DNA of 64,000 nucleotides, from contig CAYVOF010000002.1 of NCBI GenBank assembly GCA_964453405.1, positions 10,825-74,824 of the forward strand, given 5' to 3'. Each line of letters opens with the position of its first letter. The stretch's first letter is position 1. The translations under genes and the position numbers were made by a program. Of this stretch, positions 9,900 to 19,881 are shown piece after piece. The DNA comes from an uncultured Candidatus Saccharibacteria bacterium (GTDB lineage: Bacteria > Patescibacteriota > Doudnabacteria > UBA920). The notes beneath the pieces are model-generated. The model had not been told where the DNA came from and made no database searches. It saw only the letters and a list, made by a program, of their open reading frames with translations.

Positions 9900-10754
9900 T
9901 TATTGTGTCTTAAATGCTAATAATTTTTTCTTCGCCGCTTCTTTTACGCCTTCGATAGCGGGAGTTAAATACTTACGTGGGTCAACTTCATCAGGATGTT
10001 CTAATAATGATTGACGTAAAGTTTTTGTGAAAGCAACCCGTAATTCAGTATCAATGTTTAGAATACTAATACCTGCTTTAATAGCTTTAGCAATCACATC
10101 ATCTGGTACACCGCTAGAACCATGCAGAACTATCGGTACCTTAACTAACTCAGCCACCTTGGCGATTCGATCCACATCTACATGTGCTTCGGCTTTGCCG
10201 CTCATCTTAATAATACCGTGAATTGTACCAAAAGAACAAGCTAGACTATCAACACCAGTCGCTTCCCAAAACTGCTTAGCCTCTTCGGGTTCGGTCAGTA
10301 GACTTTCACTTTCCGTCACTGAAACCCAATCTTCATTTCCACGAATACGACCAATTTCACCTTGTACCCAGGCTCCTTCTTTGTGAGCAAATTCAACCAT
10401 AGCTTTGGTGTCTTTTATATTCTGTTCTAAAGGAAGCGAAGAATGGTCGATCATTACAGAAGAGTAACCTAGTTCAATCCCCCGTTGCAGCTGTTCCATA
10501 TCTTTACCGTGATCCATATGTAAAGCAATTGGCACTTTAGCACGAATAGCCATGCTGGCGATCATTTCAAAAATCGTATCAAGACCAGCGTACTTAATGG
10601 CGCCTTCACTAGTTTCGATGATTATCGGAGTGTTGAGTTCTTCGGCAGCATCAATTATGCCTCGAGTTATTTCGAGATTCATTGTATTAAAAGCTGGGTA
10701 AGCAAACTTTCCGCGAACGTCTTTACTGAATAATTCTTTGATATGTACTAACAT
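9900..10754 (-). CDS. fba: Class II fructose-bisphosphate aldolase
   Basis: ALHMDHG, SSVMID.S, GT.HG, VLHGSSG, N.DTE. Confidence 0.93.
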   Translation of the reverse strand: MLVHIKELFSKDVRGKFAYPAFNTMNLEITRGIIDAAEELNTPIIIETSEGAIKYAGLDTIFEMIASMAIRAKVPIALHMDHGKDMEQLQRGIELGYSSVMIDHSSLPLEQNIKDTKAMVEFAHKEGAWVQGEIGRIRGNEDWVSVTESESLLTEPEEAKQFWEATGVDSLACSFGTIHGIIKMSGKAEAHVDVDRIAKVAELVKVPIVLHGSSGVPDDVIAKAIKAGISILNIDTELRVAFTKTLRQSLLEHPDEVDPRKYLTPAIEGVKEAAKKKLLAFKTQ

Positions 10755-10765
10755 GTTATAAATAA

Positions 10766-11800
10766 TTAGGTTCTTAGCTTTCTCTCCATCCGTCCGACAA
10801 TTGCGGCGACTCTTGATTTAGCCTGTTCAGTGTTTAATTCGATTGGTTTATATGACTTCTGCTTAGATAAATTTTTAAGTAGTTGTGTCTTAGTCAACAA
10901 ACCTTCTTGGGGACCAATGGCACTAACAACACTCGCCGCGTTAACTGGACCCCATTGCAAAGCCTCTTTGTTAGACATTTTATAATGGAGCGCAGCAGTA
11001 TAAGCAGTTGTAAAACCATCACCTGCCCCGGTCGCTTCGAGTAATGGTCCAGGAAACTCTGGAATAAAATAAAAGCCTTCACTGCTATAACTATAGGCGC
11101 CTTTGCGTCCATCTGTTAACACTACAACCTTTGGCCCAAGTTTAGCTAATTTTTTGCAAAGTAATTCAAAATCTTCGCTGTCACCTACCCAGCTCTGTGC
11201 TTCTTCTTTATTAATCGACAAGACATGGGTTCGCTCTAACATTATTTTGTTAAACTTTGGACCTTTTCTTAATTGAAAAGTTCCAGGATTAAAAATTAAT
11301 TTTGCTCCGGTCTTGTCTAAGTATTTTGCGAGGTCTTTATAAATTTTTTCAAAACCGACACCAAGGCTAGTTAAATAAACAAATTCTGCAGGTGCAAATT
11401 TTGGCAGAACATACTTACGATGTTCATGATAGACAAAAATTGTTCGCTGACCTTTGTGACTTAACACTGTGGATGCATTAGTTGGGTGCTTATCATCAAT
11501 CACAATATAATCGGTAGCAACTTTTTCTTTTTGCATCTTATGGATAATCTCACGACCACCAGCATCGTGTGCCAACACAGTATAAAAAGCTGTTTTTAAA
11601 CCCAAGCGGCTCGAACCAACAGCGTTATTTGCCGCATTACCCGCTACTGTTTTATAAAAATGTTGAACCGGCAACTTGTCACCCCAATTTATAAGGGCCT
11701 TTAACTGTCCGTTAATTTTTTTAACTTCGATGTCATCAACCATTAAGAATGTGTCGATAGTAGGATCGCCGATAGCGATTAGATCAAATTTTGTTTTCAT
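10766..11800 (-). CDS. PfkB-family carbohydrate kinase
   Basis: AGNAANNA, NKEEA, TDGRKGA, ATGAGDGF. Confidence 0.9.
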   Translation of the reverse strand: MKTKFDLIAIGDPTIDTFLMVDDIEVKKINGQLKALINWGDKLPVQHFYKTVAGNAANNAVGSSRLGLKTAFYTVLAHDAGGREIIHKMQKEKVATDYIVIDDKHPTNASTVLSHKGQRTIFVYHEHRKYVLPKFAPAEFVYLTSLGVGFEKIYKDLAKYLDKTGAKLIFNPGTFQLRKGPKFNKIMLERTHVLSINKEEAQSWVGDSEDFELLCKKLAKLGPKVVVLTDGRKGAYSYSSEGFYFIPEFPGPLLEATGAGDGFTTAYTAALHYKMSNKEALQWGPVNAASVVSAIGPQEGLLTKTQLLKNLSKQKSYKPIELNTEQAKSRVAAIVGRMERKLRT

Positions 11801-11827
11801 GAATTACGTAAATTATTATTTCTATAT

Positions 11828-12814
11828 TTATGGTTTACGGGCCATCACTTTTTTTACAGCCTTAATAATATCTTGAACCCCCATACCATACTTTTCGAAC
11901 AGCTCTTGCGGTGTACCACTTTGTCCAAAAGTATTGGGCATCCCAATCATTTCGATTGGGACAGGATAATTTTTGCCCAGAACTTCTGCGACGGCACTAC
12001 CTAATCCACCGTCAATTTGATGTTCTTCTACTGTTACAACGGCTTTGGTAAGTTTGGCTGCCCAAGTAATTGTTTCGGCATCGATTGGCTTAATGGTATG
12101 ACTGTTAATCACCAGCACGCTAATATTTTCTTTCCCCAACTCAAGCGCTGCCTTTATACCATTATACAGTATTGGACCGCATCCTATGAGAGTTACATCT
12201 TTACCTTCTTTTAAGATATTGGCTTTACCTAGCTCGAACGGAGAATCTGGTGTAGTAATGATAGGTGTTTTTTCACGAGTTAAACGCAAATAGGCCGGAC
12301 CGTCTATATGACTTATTGCTACGGTGGCTTTGGAAGCCTCGATACTATCAATAGGCTGAATTACGCTTAAATTAGGCAAAACTCGAGTAATAGCAATATC
12401 TTCGAGAGCTTGGTGAGTCGCCCCGTCAGGGCCCACAGAAACGCCTGTATGAGCCCCTATAACCTTCACATTGGCTTGGCTATAACATACAGACACGCGC
12501 AATTGGTCCCAGTTACGACCTGGAGAAAAAGTCGCATAACTGGCCGCGAAAGGGATCTTTCCTGCCAGTGCCAGACCAGCAGCGACACCCATCATGTTTT
12601 GCTCGGCTACGCCGCACTGGATAAAACGATCTGGAAATTTATCCGCAAAAGCTTTAACGCGCGTGCTTTCTTTAAGGTCGCTAGACAAAGCCACAATGCG
12701 TTCATCTTTTTCTCCTAACTCTAACAAAGCCTCGCCAAAACCATCGCGAGTTGGTTTTTGCTCGATATCATCTTGTCCGAGTTTTGGATTTAATTTTTGA
12801 TCAGAGTTTAACAT
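11828..12814 (-). CDS. Transketolase, C-terminal subunit
   Basis: GVAEQNM, GPDGATHQ, EEH..GGLG; TAATG overlap with the N-subunit. Confidence 0.93.
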   Translation of the reverse strand: MLNSDQKLNPKLGQDDIEQKPTRDGFGEALLELGEKDERIVALSSDLKESTRVKAFADKFPDRFIQCGVAEQNMMGVAAGLALAGKIPFAASYATFSPGRNWDQLRVSVCYSQANVKVIGAHTGVSVGPDGATHQALEDIAITRVLPNLSVIQPIDSIEASKATVAISHIDGPAYLRLTREKTPIITTPDSPFELGKANILKEGKDVTLIGCGPILYNGIKAALELGKENISVLVINSHTIKPIDAETITWAAKLTKAVVTVEEHQIDGGLGSAVAEVLGKNYPVPIEMIGMPNTFGQSGTPQELFEKYGMGVQDIIKAVKKVMARKP

Positions 12815-13695
12815 TATTCATGTTCACTTTTAATTTTACCTTGAAGGGTGCGGAGCTCATCCAATGCCACTTTTCCCTGCTGCTCCTTTGGCGGGGCGCC
12901 AGCAATGTTAGAAATCCCTGGTGGGGCGCCATGCCATTCATACCGACCTTCCATAAAATCTACGCCCTTACCTGGAATTGTATGCGCGATAATCACAGTT
13001 GGTTTTTCGTAAACTGCTTCGGCTTCACGATATGCATCGATAACGGCTTGAATGTTATGACCATCAACTTCTATCACATGCCAATTAAAGGACTCGTACT
13101 TGGCTTTTAAATTATCCAACGGCATCACGTCTTCGGTATAACCATCAATCTGAATATTATTACGATCGATTACAGCAGTGAGGTTGTGAAGCTTTTCTTT
13201 GCCAGCCAGCATAATAGCTTCCCAAATCTGACCTTCGTCTTGCTCCCCATCAGACATTACTAAATAAACACGATTCTTTTTACCACTCATACGCATTGCT
13301 AACGCCACACCCACGGCCTGCGAAGCACCTTGCGCTAATGGACCACTGGTGGTTTCTATTCCTGGCAACGACAAGTTATGAGGGTGACCTTGTAAACGTG
13401 AGCCGTACTTACGCAAAGTTTTTAATTCGGATACTGGAAAATAGCCACGTTCGGCCATGGTTGCGTACAACACTGGACAAATGTGGCCACACGACAAAAT
13501 CAACCAGTCGCGTTCATCCCAAGTGGGTTTGTGTGGGTCGATATTCATCACTTCAAAATACAACGCCGTAAACACATCTGCCATACCCAGCGGACCAGCA
13601 CTGTGACCAGAGCCGGCTTCGACCAACATTTCGATAATATTCTGCCTGATCGTGTTAGCAGTGAGTTGTAATTCTATTGAAGAAAATTTTGACAT
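12814..13695 (-). CDS. Transketolase, N-terminal (TPP-binding) subunit
   Basis: GSGH, LSCGH, LQGHP, SDGEQDEG..WEA, HTIPGKG, WHG. Confidence 0.93.
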   Translation of the reverse strand: MSKFSSIELQLTANTIRQNIIEMLVEAGSGHSAGPLGMADVFTALYFEVMNIDPHKPTWDERDWLILSCGHICPVLYATMAERGYFPVSELKTLRKYGSRLQGHPHNLSLPGIETTSGPLAQGASQAVGVALAMRMSGKKNRVYLVMSDGEQDEGQIWEAIMLAGKEKLHNLTAVIDRNNIQIDGYTEDVMPLDNLKAKYESFNWHVIEVDGHNIQAVIDAYREAEAVYEKPTVIIAHTIPGKGVDFMEGRYEWHGAPPGISNIAGAPPKEQQGKVALDELRTLQGKIKSEHE

Positions 13696-14333
13696 TATTT
13701 TAGTGCCTCCAATAGTTCCTGATAATTTTCTTTAATATCACCTTTTAATAAGCTTGAACCAACCACGCAATCAGTTGCACCAGCGTCAATTACTGCGGCA
13801 ATATTTTTACTATTTACCCCGCCGTCAACCTCGATATTTGCGCTTGGCGCCATGTCTCGTAGTTCTAACAAACGATCAATTGTGTTTGGTAGCATTTTTT
13901 GGCCTTGCTTGCCGGGGGTTACTCCGAGCAAAGTAAAGTCATTGATCGTGTCTGTATGATATTTGAACACCGAAATTTCGGTAGTTGGTGAAATCGCAAT
14001 AGCTGGAGTCATTTTTGATTTTTTAATTGCTTCCACAGCAGCTTCTAAATCTAGTTCGCTGGCAAACGCTTCGTAATGAATAATTACTTTTTTAAACCCC
14101 GCTTTTTGATAAGCAGAAAAATCCTTTGGTGTATCCATCATTAAATGCGCTTCAAACTGTATTTTTGTTTTCGCTGGAAGTTGAACCTCTTCGATTGGCA
14201 AAGTTTTAGTCGCCACAAAATCACCATCAGCAAAGTCAATTTGAATGGTTTTGATATTCTTTAAACCCATTATAGTTTTTAGGGTTTCGGTAAATTTTTT
14301 AGGGTTATTTTCTAATATTGCTGGGATTATCAT
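13695..14333 (-). CDS. rpe: Ribulose-phosphate 3-epimerase
   Basis: QIDFADG.FV, EAHLM, V.PG..GQ, EVDGGVN, VVGS. Confidence 0.9.
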   Translation of the reverse strand: MIIPAILENNPKKFTETLKTIMGLKNIKTIQIDFADGDFVATKTLPIEEVQLPAKTKIQFEAHLMMDTPKDFSAYQKAGFKKVIIHYEAFASELDLEAAVEAIKKSKMTPAIAISPTTEISVFKYHTDTINDFTLLGVTPGKQGQKMLPNTIDRLLELRDMAPSANIEVDGGVNSKNIAAVIDAGATDCVVGSSLLKGDIKENYQELLEALK

Positions 14334-14347
14334 GAAAAACTTCTTAG

Positions 14348-14791
14348 CTAATTTTCTAAAGCTGTTATCTTCTTAACCCGTCTCATATGCCTACTCTCCG
14401 TCGAATACGCAGTCTCGAGCCACACTTTAACAATCTTCTCTGCTAGCTTCGTATCGATGTAATCACTGGGCAAACATAGCACGTTAGACATATCATCTTT
14501 CCTGCACATCTCAGCTTCTTTTTCATTCCAGACCAGTGCCGCCCGCACTCCTTTAAACTTATTAGCGACAATACACACTCCTTGGCCACTGCGGCAAACT
14601 AAAATTCCCTCGTTGAGCATAGGATTTTTTGAAATCTGCTTTGCGACCTTGGCTGCGTACTCCGGATAATCATCCCCATCTTTAAGCTTGTGAGCACCGA
14701 CGTCAATAAATTCCCGCTTCGTTTTAACCAAAAACTTTTTGAGCTGTTCTTTTAATTTGTAACCGCCGTGATCAGCGCCAATGTAAATCAT
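14348..14791 (-). CDS. rpiB: Ribose-5-phosphate isomerase B (RpiB/LacAB family)
   Basis: GADHGG, DDYP, CRSGQG, ANKFKGVRAA, RH.RRV. Confidence 0.92.
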   Translation of the reverse strand: MIYIGADHGGYKLKEQLKKFLVKTKREFIDVGAHKLKDGDDYPEYAAKVAKQISKNPMLNEGILVCRSGQGVCIVANKFKGVRAALVWNEKEAEMCRKDDMSNVLCLPSDYIDTKLAEKIVKVWLETAYSTESRHMRRVKKITALEN

Positions 14792-15492
14792 TAAGACTGA
14801 ATTATTTTATTAAAATCATCTGCAAGAAGTGAAGCGCCGCCAACCAATAAGCCGCCAATATTATGTTGGCTTAAAAAGCTAGCGCTGTTAGTACTATTCA
14901 CGCTACCGCCGTACAACACAGATTTAACATTAAACTTAGTATTAATATACAAAGCAATTTTTTCAGCATGATCAGGAATTTCTACATGCTTAGTTGCATA
15001 AGGATTACCTTTTGAGATTGCCCACACTGGTTCATACGCTACGATAACTTTTTTTGGATCAACATCTTCCAAACCTTGTCTTAATTGAGACGCAAGTACA
15101 TCGATCACCTCTAAGTCATCTTCTTCAAAAGTAGTCCCATAACCAACACACAGCACCGGCGTAATTTTATAATCCAATAGTGCCTGAATTTTTTGATTAA
15201 TTTGAGAATCATTTTCTCCCAACGCACGGCGTTCACTATGCCCTACTATACAATAACTCACTCCCAAGCTCGCCAAGTTAGCGGCAGAAATTTGCCCAGT
15301 GTAAGGGCCTTTAATCTGTTGACTCACATCCTGCGCGCCTTTGTGCAAATATTCCACTACAGCCAAAAACGGGGTCGGAGGACACAACACGACTTCGTAT
15401 TTAGAGACAACATCAATTTTTCGGGCTAAGTCTGTAGCCTCGCGCGCTGTTAATGGATTTAGCTTCCAGTTAGCAATAATAATTTTAGACAT
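14791..15492 (-). CDS. tpiA: Triosephosphate isomerase
   Basis: ANWK, VGHSERR, AYEPVWAI, LYGGSV, LVGGASL; start set at MSKII. Confidence 0.95.
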   Translation of the reverse strand: MSKIIIANWKLNPLTAREATDLARKIDVVSKYEVVLCPPTPFLAVVEYLHKGAQDVSQQIKGPYTGQISAANLASLGVSYCIVGHSERRALGENDSQINQKIQALLDYKITPVLCVGYGTTFEEDDLEVIDVLASQLRQGLEDVDPKKVIVAYEPVWAISKGNPYATKHVEIPDHAEKIALYINTKFNVKSVLYGGSVNSTNSASFLSQHNIGGLLVGGASLLADDFNKIIQS

Positions 15493-15496
15493 CGAG

Positions 15497-16507
15497 TTAT
15501 GCATCTAGACCTCCTCGTAAAAACTTAGCCGTTTCTTCTGGTGGCATTGGATTAACCGGAATACCAGTGCCGTATTCAAATCCAGCCCAAATAGTTAAGC
15601 GTGGGAATACGGTTAAATGCCAATGATAACTTTTTTCTTCGTGCACTAAATGTTTATCGCTAACTTTTGGCATGGTGTGAATATAATAGTTTAGCGGCGG
15701 GTCGGACAATTTTACATATAAGGTCCCAAGAACTTTTTTAAGTACGTGAGCTAAGTGGAGTAACTCTACATCCGAAGTTGCTTCAAACTTAGAATGATGG
15801 CGCTTAGGTAAAATCCATGTTTCAAAGGGGCTGCGCGATGCATAAGCAGACATTACCACAAAGTAGTCATCTTCATAGACAATACGATCTTTGTGCTTAA
15901 TTTCTTCGGTGATAATTTCACAATAAATACACTTGCCTGTTTGCTGGTAATGATGGTAACAACCACGAAGCTCTTCGTGCACATGAGGTGGCACCATTGG
16001 TGTGGCTAAAATTTGGTAATGAGGATGGACTAAAGATGCGCCGGAGTCGCGTCCGTGGTTATGAAAAATCTGCACGTAATTTATTTCCGGATCTTTTTGG
16101 ATTTCTTTTATACGATCCTGAAACAATTTGAGCGACTGTTGAACAAGTACCGCAGACTGTAGCGCTGGTGGTTCGTTATGTTTGCGACTAATGATTACTT
16201 CGTGATCGCCATAACCAGCACGAGATTCATAAAAATCACGATTGCTATAAATCTTGGTTTCGTCGAGCGACTTAAATTTATTCGGTATTACACGCAGCTG
16301 CCAATCTTTATTGTTTGGGATGCGGCAGACTTCGTTGCACAAATCTGGATTTTTACCTTCATTACCTGGACAAAAGACGCAAGTTGGGTCTAATTCTGGT
16401 AAACCATAGCTCACGCTATACGTCTTAAAATCTTCTGGACGCTTGCCGCGACCAGGAGCTATTAACACCCACTGCTTATTGATTGGATTGCGTCTAAATT
16501 GAGACAT
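15497..16507 (-). CDS. galT: Galactose-1-phosphate uridylyltransferase (GalT/HIT family)
   Basis: R.KRP, CVFCPGNE, PNKF, GASLVHPHYQ, WAGFE. Confidence 0.9.
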   Translation of the reverse strand: MSQFRRNPINKQWVLIAPGRGKRPEDFKTYSVSYGLPELDPTCVFCPGNEGKNPDLCNEVCRIPNNKDWQLRVIPNKFKSLDETKIYSNRDFYESRAGYGDHEVIISRKHNEPPALQSAVLVQQSLKLFQDRIKEIQKDPEINYVQIFHNHGRDSGASLVHPHYQILATPMVPPHVHEELRGCYHHYQQTGKCIYCEIITEEIKHKDRIVYEDDYFVVMSAYASRSPFETWILPKRHHSKFEATSDVELLHLAHVLKKVLGTLYVKLSDPPLNYYIHTMPKVSDKHLVHEEKSYHWHLTVFPRLTIWAGFEYGTGIPVNPMPPEETAKFLRGGLDA

Positions 16508-16524
16508 TTATATTTATTTTAGGG

Positions 16525-16929
16525 TTATTGCTTATTTTGATTTAAGTAATTTTGTAAGAAGATTTGCGCTGCTAGGCTATCGATATTTTCATGTGCACCA
16601 CTACCTTGGCCAGAAATTTGTTCGGCCATAACGCTCGATAAGCGTTCATCCACCAGCTCAATCGGGATGTTTAAGCGTTGCTGCAATTGATCATTAAACT
16701 TTTGAACTTCCTCTGATTTTTGCGTAGTCTCGCCAGACATATTAACCGGCATCCCTAGGACTACTCTTTCTATTCCTTCGTCTTGGATTAACGGCTCAAG
16801 TTTCTGCCAGAATTCAGCGTTGTCATTGTCGGCGGACCAAATCCCATACTCACGGGCTAAGGTTTGCGTTTCGTCCGAAATCGCGATGCCGATTCGTTTA
16901 GTTCCATAATCAATTGCTAGTATCTTCAT
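16525..16929 (-). CDS. ruvX: Holliday junction resolvase-like RuvX/YqgF (pre-16S rRNA nuclease)
   Basis: LAIDYGTKRIGIA, DERLSS, IDSLAA. Confidence 0.93.
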   Translation of the reverse strand: MKILAIDYGTKRIGIAISDETQTLAREYGIWSADNDNAEFWQKLEPLIQDEGIERVVLGMPVNMSGETTQKSEEVQKFNDQLQQRLNIPIELVDERLSSVMAEQISGQGSGAHENIDSLAAQIFLQNYLNQNKQ

Positions 16930-16948
16930 TCGTAATTTATTTAGTCTA

Positions 16949-18163
16949 TTAGTTTGTTTGGCCCAAAGTTACTGTTACAGTTTTTTCTTGACCATTGCTG
17001 AATATTTTCATATCTACTTTGTCATTCGGTCGGTATTGCTTTAACGCTCGTGACAATGAATAATCTTCGCTTAATTTTTTGCCAGCAACTTCTAGAATAA
17101 TGTCATTTTCTTTTAAGCCTGCTTTTTCGGCTGGGCTTCCTGGTACGATCGCACTATCGGCTCGACTTCTACCACTTAAAATTAAAGCTCCGTAATCTTT
17201 AGGTAATTTTTCGGATTTTGCGATAGCTTCGGTAAGCATCAAATAGCGAACCCCAATAAATGGTCTAGTAATCTTACCGTCTTTATTGAAGCTATCCAAA
17301 GCAATTTTTACATCGCTTGACGGCAAAGCAAATCCAATTGATTGGCCCTGCTGATCAACAGCTGTATTAATACCAATTACTTTACCCGTCAGATCCAATA
17401 ATGGGCCACCAGAATTACCTGAGTTAATCGCTGCATCAGTTTGAATAACTCCATCAAGCTGTTCCAACTCACCTGCGCCACCAGCGGTAATACTACGACC
17501 GATACCAGAAATTATTCCGCTAGTCACTGTATTTTGGTACTGTCCAAGCGAATTCCCAATTGCGATAACATGTTGACCTAATTGCAACTGAGTTGAATCA
17601 GCCAAGTCTAAATGTGGCGCATCATTAATATCAATCTTTATAATGGCAATATCATTAGTTGGATCAATTGCTAAAACTTTGGCATCATAAGACTTACCAT
17701 CATTAGTAACTACCGAATACTGGGCAGACTGATCCGCCACCACATGCTTATTAGTGACAATCATTCCGTCACTGCTAACCAAAAATCCACTACCCGCTCC
17801 AACTTGTTGAACATTAGGCGTTACCGGTTGGGCTGGTTTTTGATTTTGGCCGAAAAACCCAAAGATATCAAATGGCGATTGCTGCTGACTAATATCCTTA
17901 GATATAACTACCGACACTACAGCTGGCCCAGCTTTTTTAACCACATCTGTAGTAGCAGAGGTTTCATTTACTGACACACTCTGACTATAAGAGCCATTAC
18001 TGTTAGTATGATTAAATAATTTTTGAAAGAACGGCCGCTGAGCTAAATCTAGAGAGCCGTATAAGCCTCCTACAATTCCAAACACCAAAGCTAAAACAAC
18101 AACTCCAAGTTTTTGACTTGTAATTGGATGTGAGTCATTTTGTTTATTTTCTAAATCTTGCAT
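16949..18163 (-). CDS. htrA: HtrA/DegP-family serine protease with PDZ domain
   Basis: N-terminal TM, GSGF, TNKHVV, DIA, TDAAINSGNSGGP, C-terminal PDZ. Confidence 0.93.
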   Translation of the reverse strand: MQDLENKQNDSHPITSQKLGVVVLALVFGIVGGLYGSLDLAQRPFFQKLFNHTNSNGSYSQSVSVNETSATTDVVKKAGPAVVSVVISKDISQQQSPFDIFGFFGQNQKPAQPVTPNVQQVGAGSGFLVSSDGMIVTNKHVVADQSAQYSVVTNDGKSYDAKVLAIDPTNDIAIIKIDINDAPHLDLADSTQLQLGQHVIAIGNSLGQYQNTVTSGIISGIGRSITAGGAGELEQLDGVIQTDAAINSGNSGGPLLDLTGKVIGINTAVDQQGQSIGFALPSSDVKIALDSFNKDGKITRPFIGVRYLMLTEAIAKSEKLPKDYGALILSGRSRADSAIVPGSPAEKAGLKENDIILEVAGKKLSEDYSLSRALKQYRPNDKVDMKIFSNGQEKTVTVTLGQTN

Positions 18164-18183
18164 AAGTTTAAGTTTAATTCCTA

Positions 18184-19836
18184 CTAATTGCGCGGCGCAA
18201 ATGGAGGTGTGGTTACCGGAGCAGTGCTAGAGATTCCAGTTGGATCCTCATACTCGGATGAAGGCAAAGGAATTAATGGTTTGATTTGGGGAGTTTGTAA
18301 ACAAACGTTTTGTTCTTGTAACACACCAATACCACCGCTACTCGATGCTCCGCCGCTGATAGGTGTAAACACAAATTTATTAACCAAATTCTCTACAACA
18401 CCCGAAACCAATTTACTAATCGGACTACCTGTATTATTAGTACCCAAGTTCATGGCTCCAGAAATAGCTGCTTCTTGAACATTGAATATAGCTGAAACGG
18501 TTTTATTAACCTGATTAGTAATAATATCGCGACCAGTTTTTACACCTGGACTTAAAACTTCTTTTGCTGCTGCACTGTCGGCCTCAGCCTTAGTTTGTGC
18601 TGCTAGTCCTGAGTAATAGCTTTCCCACCACTGCGGGTAATTTTTTTCATCACTACCTAGACGAGCTAATTTTTGAGCCCAGTCAGGATCATTAGGATTA
18701 ATGGTAATATCATTGCCAACGTTTGTCGCCGCTTTAGCCGTGAATATTTTGTTTAAATCTTTTTTAGTTGGATTGATACAAAAATATTCGGGTAAGAATT
18801 TTTGAATAATTCCTTGATCCAGTGGGTCAGATACGAACTTCTTCATATACTCTACAGAATAAAATCTTCCCAACTCGTTAGAGTAATACAGTTGACTAGC
18901 AATAGCAAAACTTTTCTCGATATGAGCCACTAATTTGTCTAACATTTTGATAGAAAAATTGGCAAACGATTTAGCCAAACCCTCCGCCACCGCCTGCAAT
19001 ACATCGCGTTTTAAATCCGTAATCACTGTTACTGGTCCACCGAATTGTGCTTGAGCAGTCTTAATGAATGGTGGTCCTGTGGCTCTTTCTATTTCTTCTA
19101 AGACTGCAAAATTGTTAGCTGTTTTACTTAACTCAGTGTTAACCACCGCCATTCGGTTATCAATGACCGCATAACTCTGATAAAAATCTGGCCAAGGGTC
19201 ACTGTTTCGATCTTCGCTGTAAGAATTAGCATCATCAAAAATCTGGCCATACTTATCAAAAGCAACTAAATTAGCCTTATGAAATTCCATCATACTTTCT
19301 GGCACTGTTAAACTACGCAGATTGGCTAAAAACTTTTCTGTATCAGCTTTGGCTTTAGACAAATCTGCGCTACTGGCATTATCAGCAAACAAACTTACTG
19401 AGGCAGGACTAACGGCCTGTTTATAATTGGCCACCATAGAACTAACGGTACTGAGGTAATTAATTACAAAATCTGTATCTTTGCGGGTGCTGGTTTTAAC
19501 TTCGTTACTAGCAACTTGAGGAACTACTATCTTTTGCTTAGTTTGCAAAGTTTGTTCAACCTGTTGACGCACCACATCTTCACTGGCAATTTTTTGCAAC
19601 AACTGTTGACTGGCACCATAATTAGGCTCAAGCTCAGCTAAAAAAGCTTTGTATTGGGCTAGCTCAGCCGCAGCCTGCTTATCAGCAGCAGTGTAGTCGG
19701 TCTTGTCTCTAAAAGCCCATTCTCCGGGCTGCCAAACAGTGATAATAGCCAAGGCCACTATAGCCATCGTGATTACAGCATAGGTAACTTTTTTATTAAT
19801 GTCTGGAGACAAACTAGGGATAATTTTTTTTGGCAT
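18184..19836 (-). CDS. Hypothetical membrane-anchored protein
   Basis: 550-aa ORF, N-terminal TM, helical, Pro/Thr-rich tail. Confidence 0.75.
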   Translation of the reverse strand: MPKKIIPSLSPDINKKVTYAVITMAIVALAIITVWQPGEWAFRDKTDYTAADKQAAAELAQYKAFLAELEPNYGASQQLLQKIASEDVVRQQVEQTLQTKQKIVVPQVASNEVKTSTRKDTDFVINYLSTVSSMVANYKQAVSPASVSLFADNASSADLSKAKADTEKFLANLRSLTVPESMMEFHKANLVAFDKYGQIFDDANSYSEDRNSDPWPDFYQSYAVIDNRMAVVNTELSKTANNFAVLEEIERATGPPFIKTAQAQFGGPVTVITDLKRDVLQAVAEGLAKSFANFSIKMLDKLVAHIEKSFAIASQLYYSNELGRFYSVEYMKKFVSDPLDQGIIQKFLPEYFCINPTKKDLNKIFTAKAATNVGNDITINPNDPDWAQKLARLGSDEKNYPQWWESYYSGLAAQTKAEADSAAAKEVLSPGVKTGRDIITNQVNKTVSAIFNVQEAAISGAMNLGTNNTGSPISKLVSGVVENLVNKFVFTPISGGASSSGGIGVLQEQNVCLQTPQIKPLIPLPSSEYEDPTGISSTAPVTTPPFAPRN

Positions 19837-19881
19837 ATATTTAAATTTTTATTTTATAAAACTTTTTATGATTTTTAAATT

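Noticed and set aside
11828-13695. Split transketolase as a frameshifted pseudogene
   Set aside because: Two-subunit transketolases are common; both halves are intact and coupled by a TAATG overlap.
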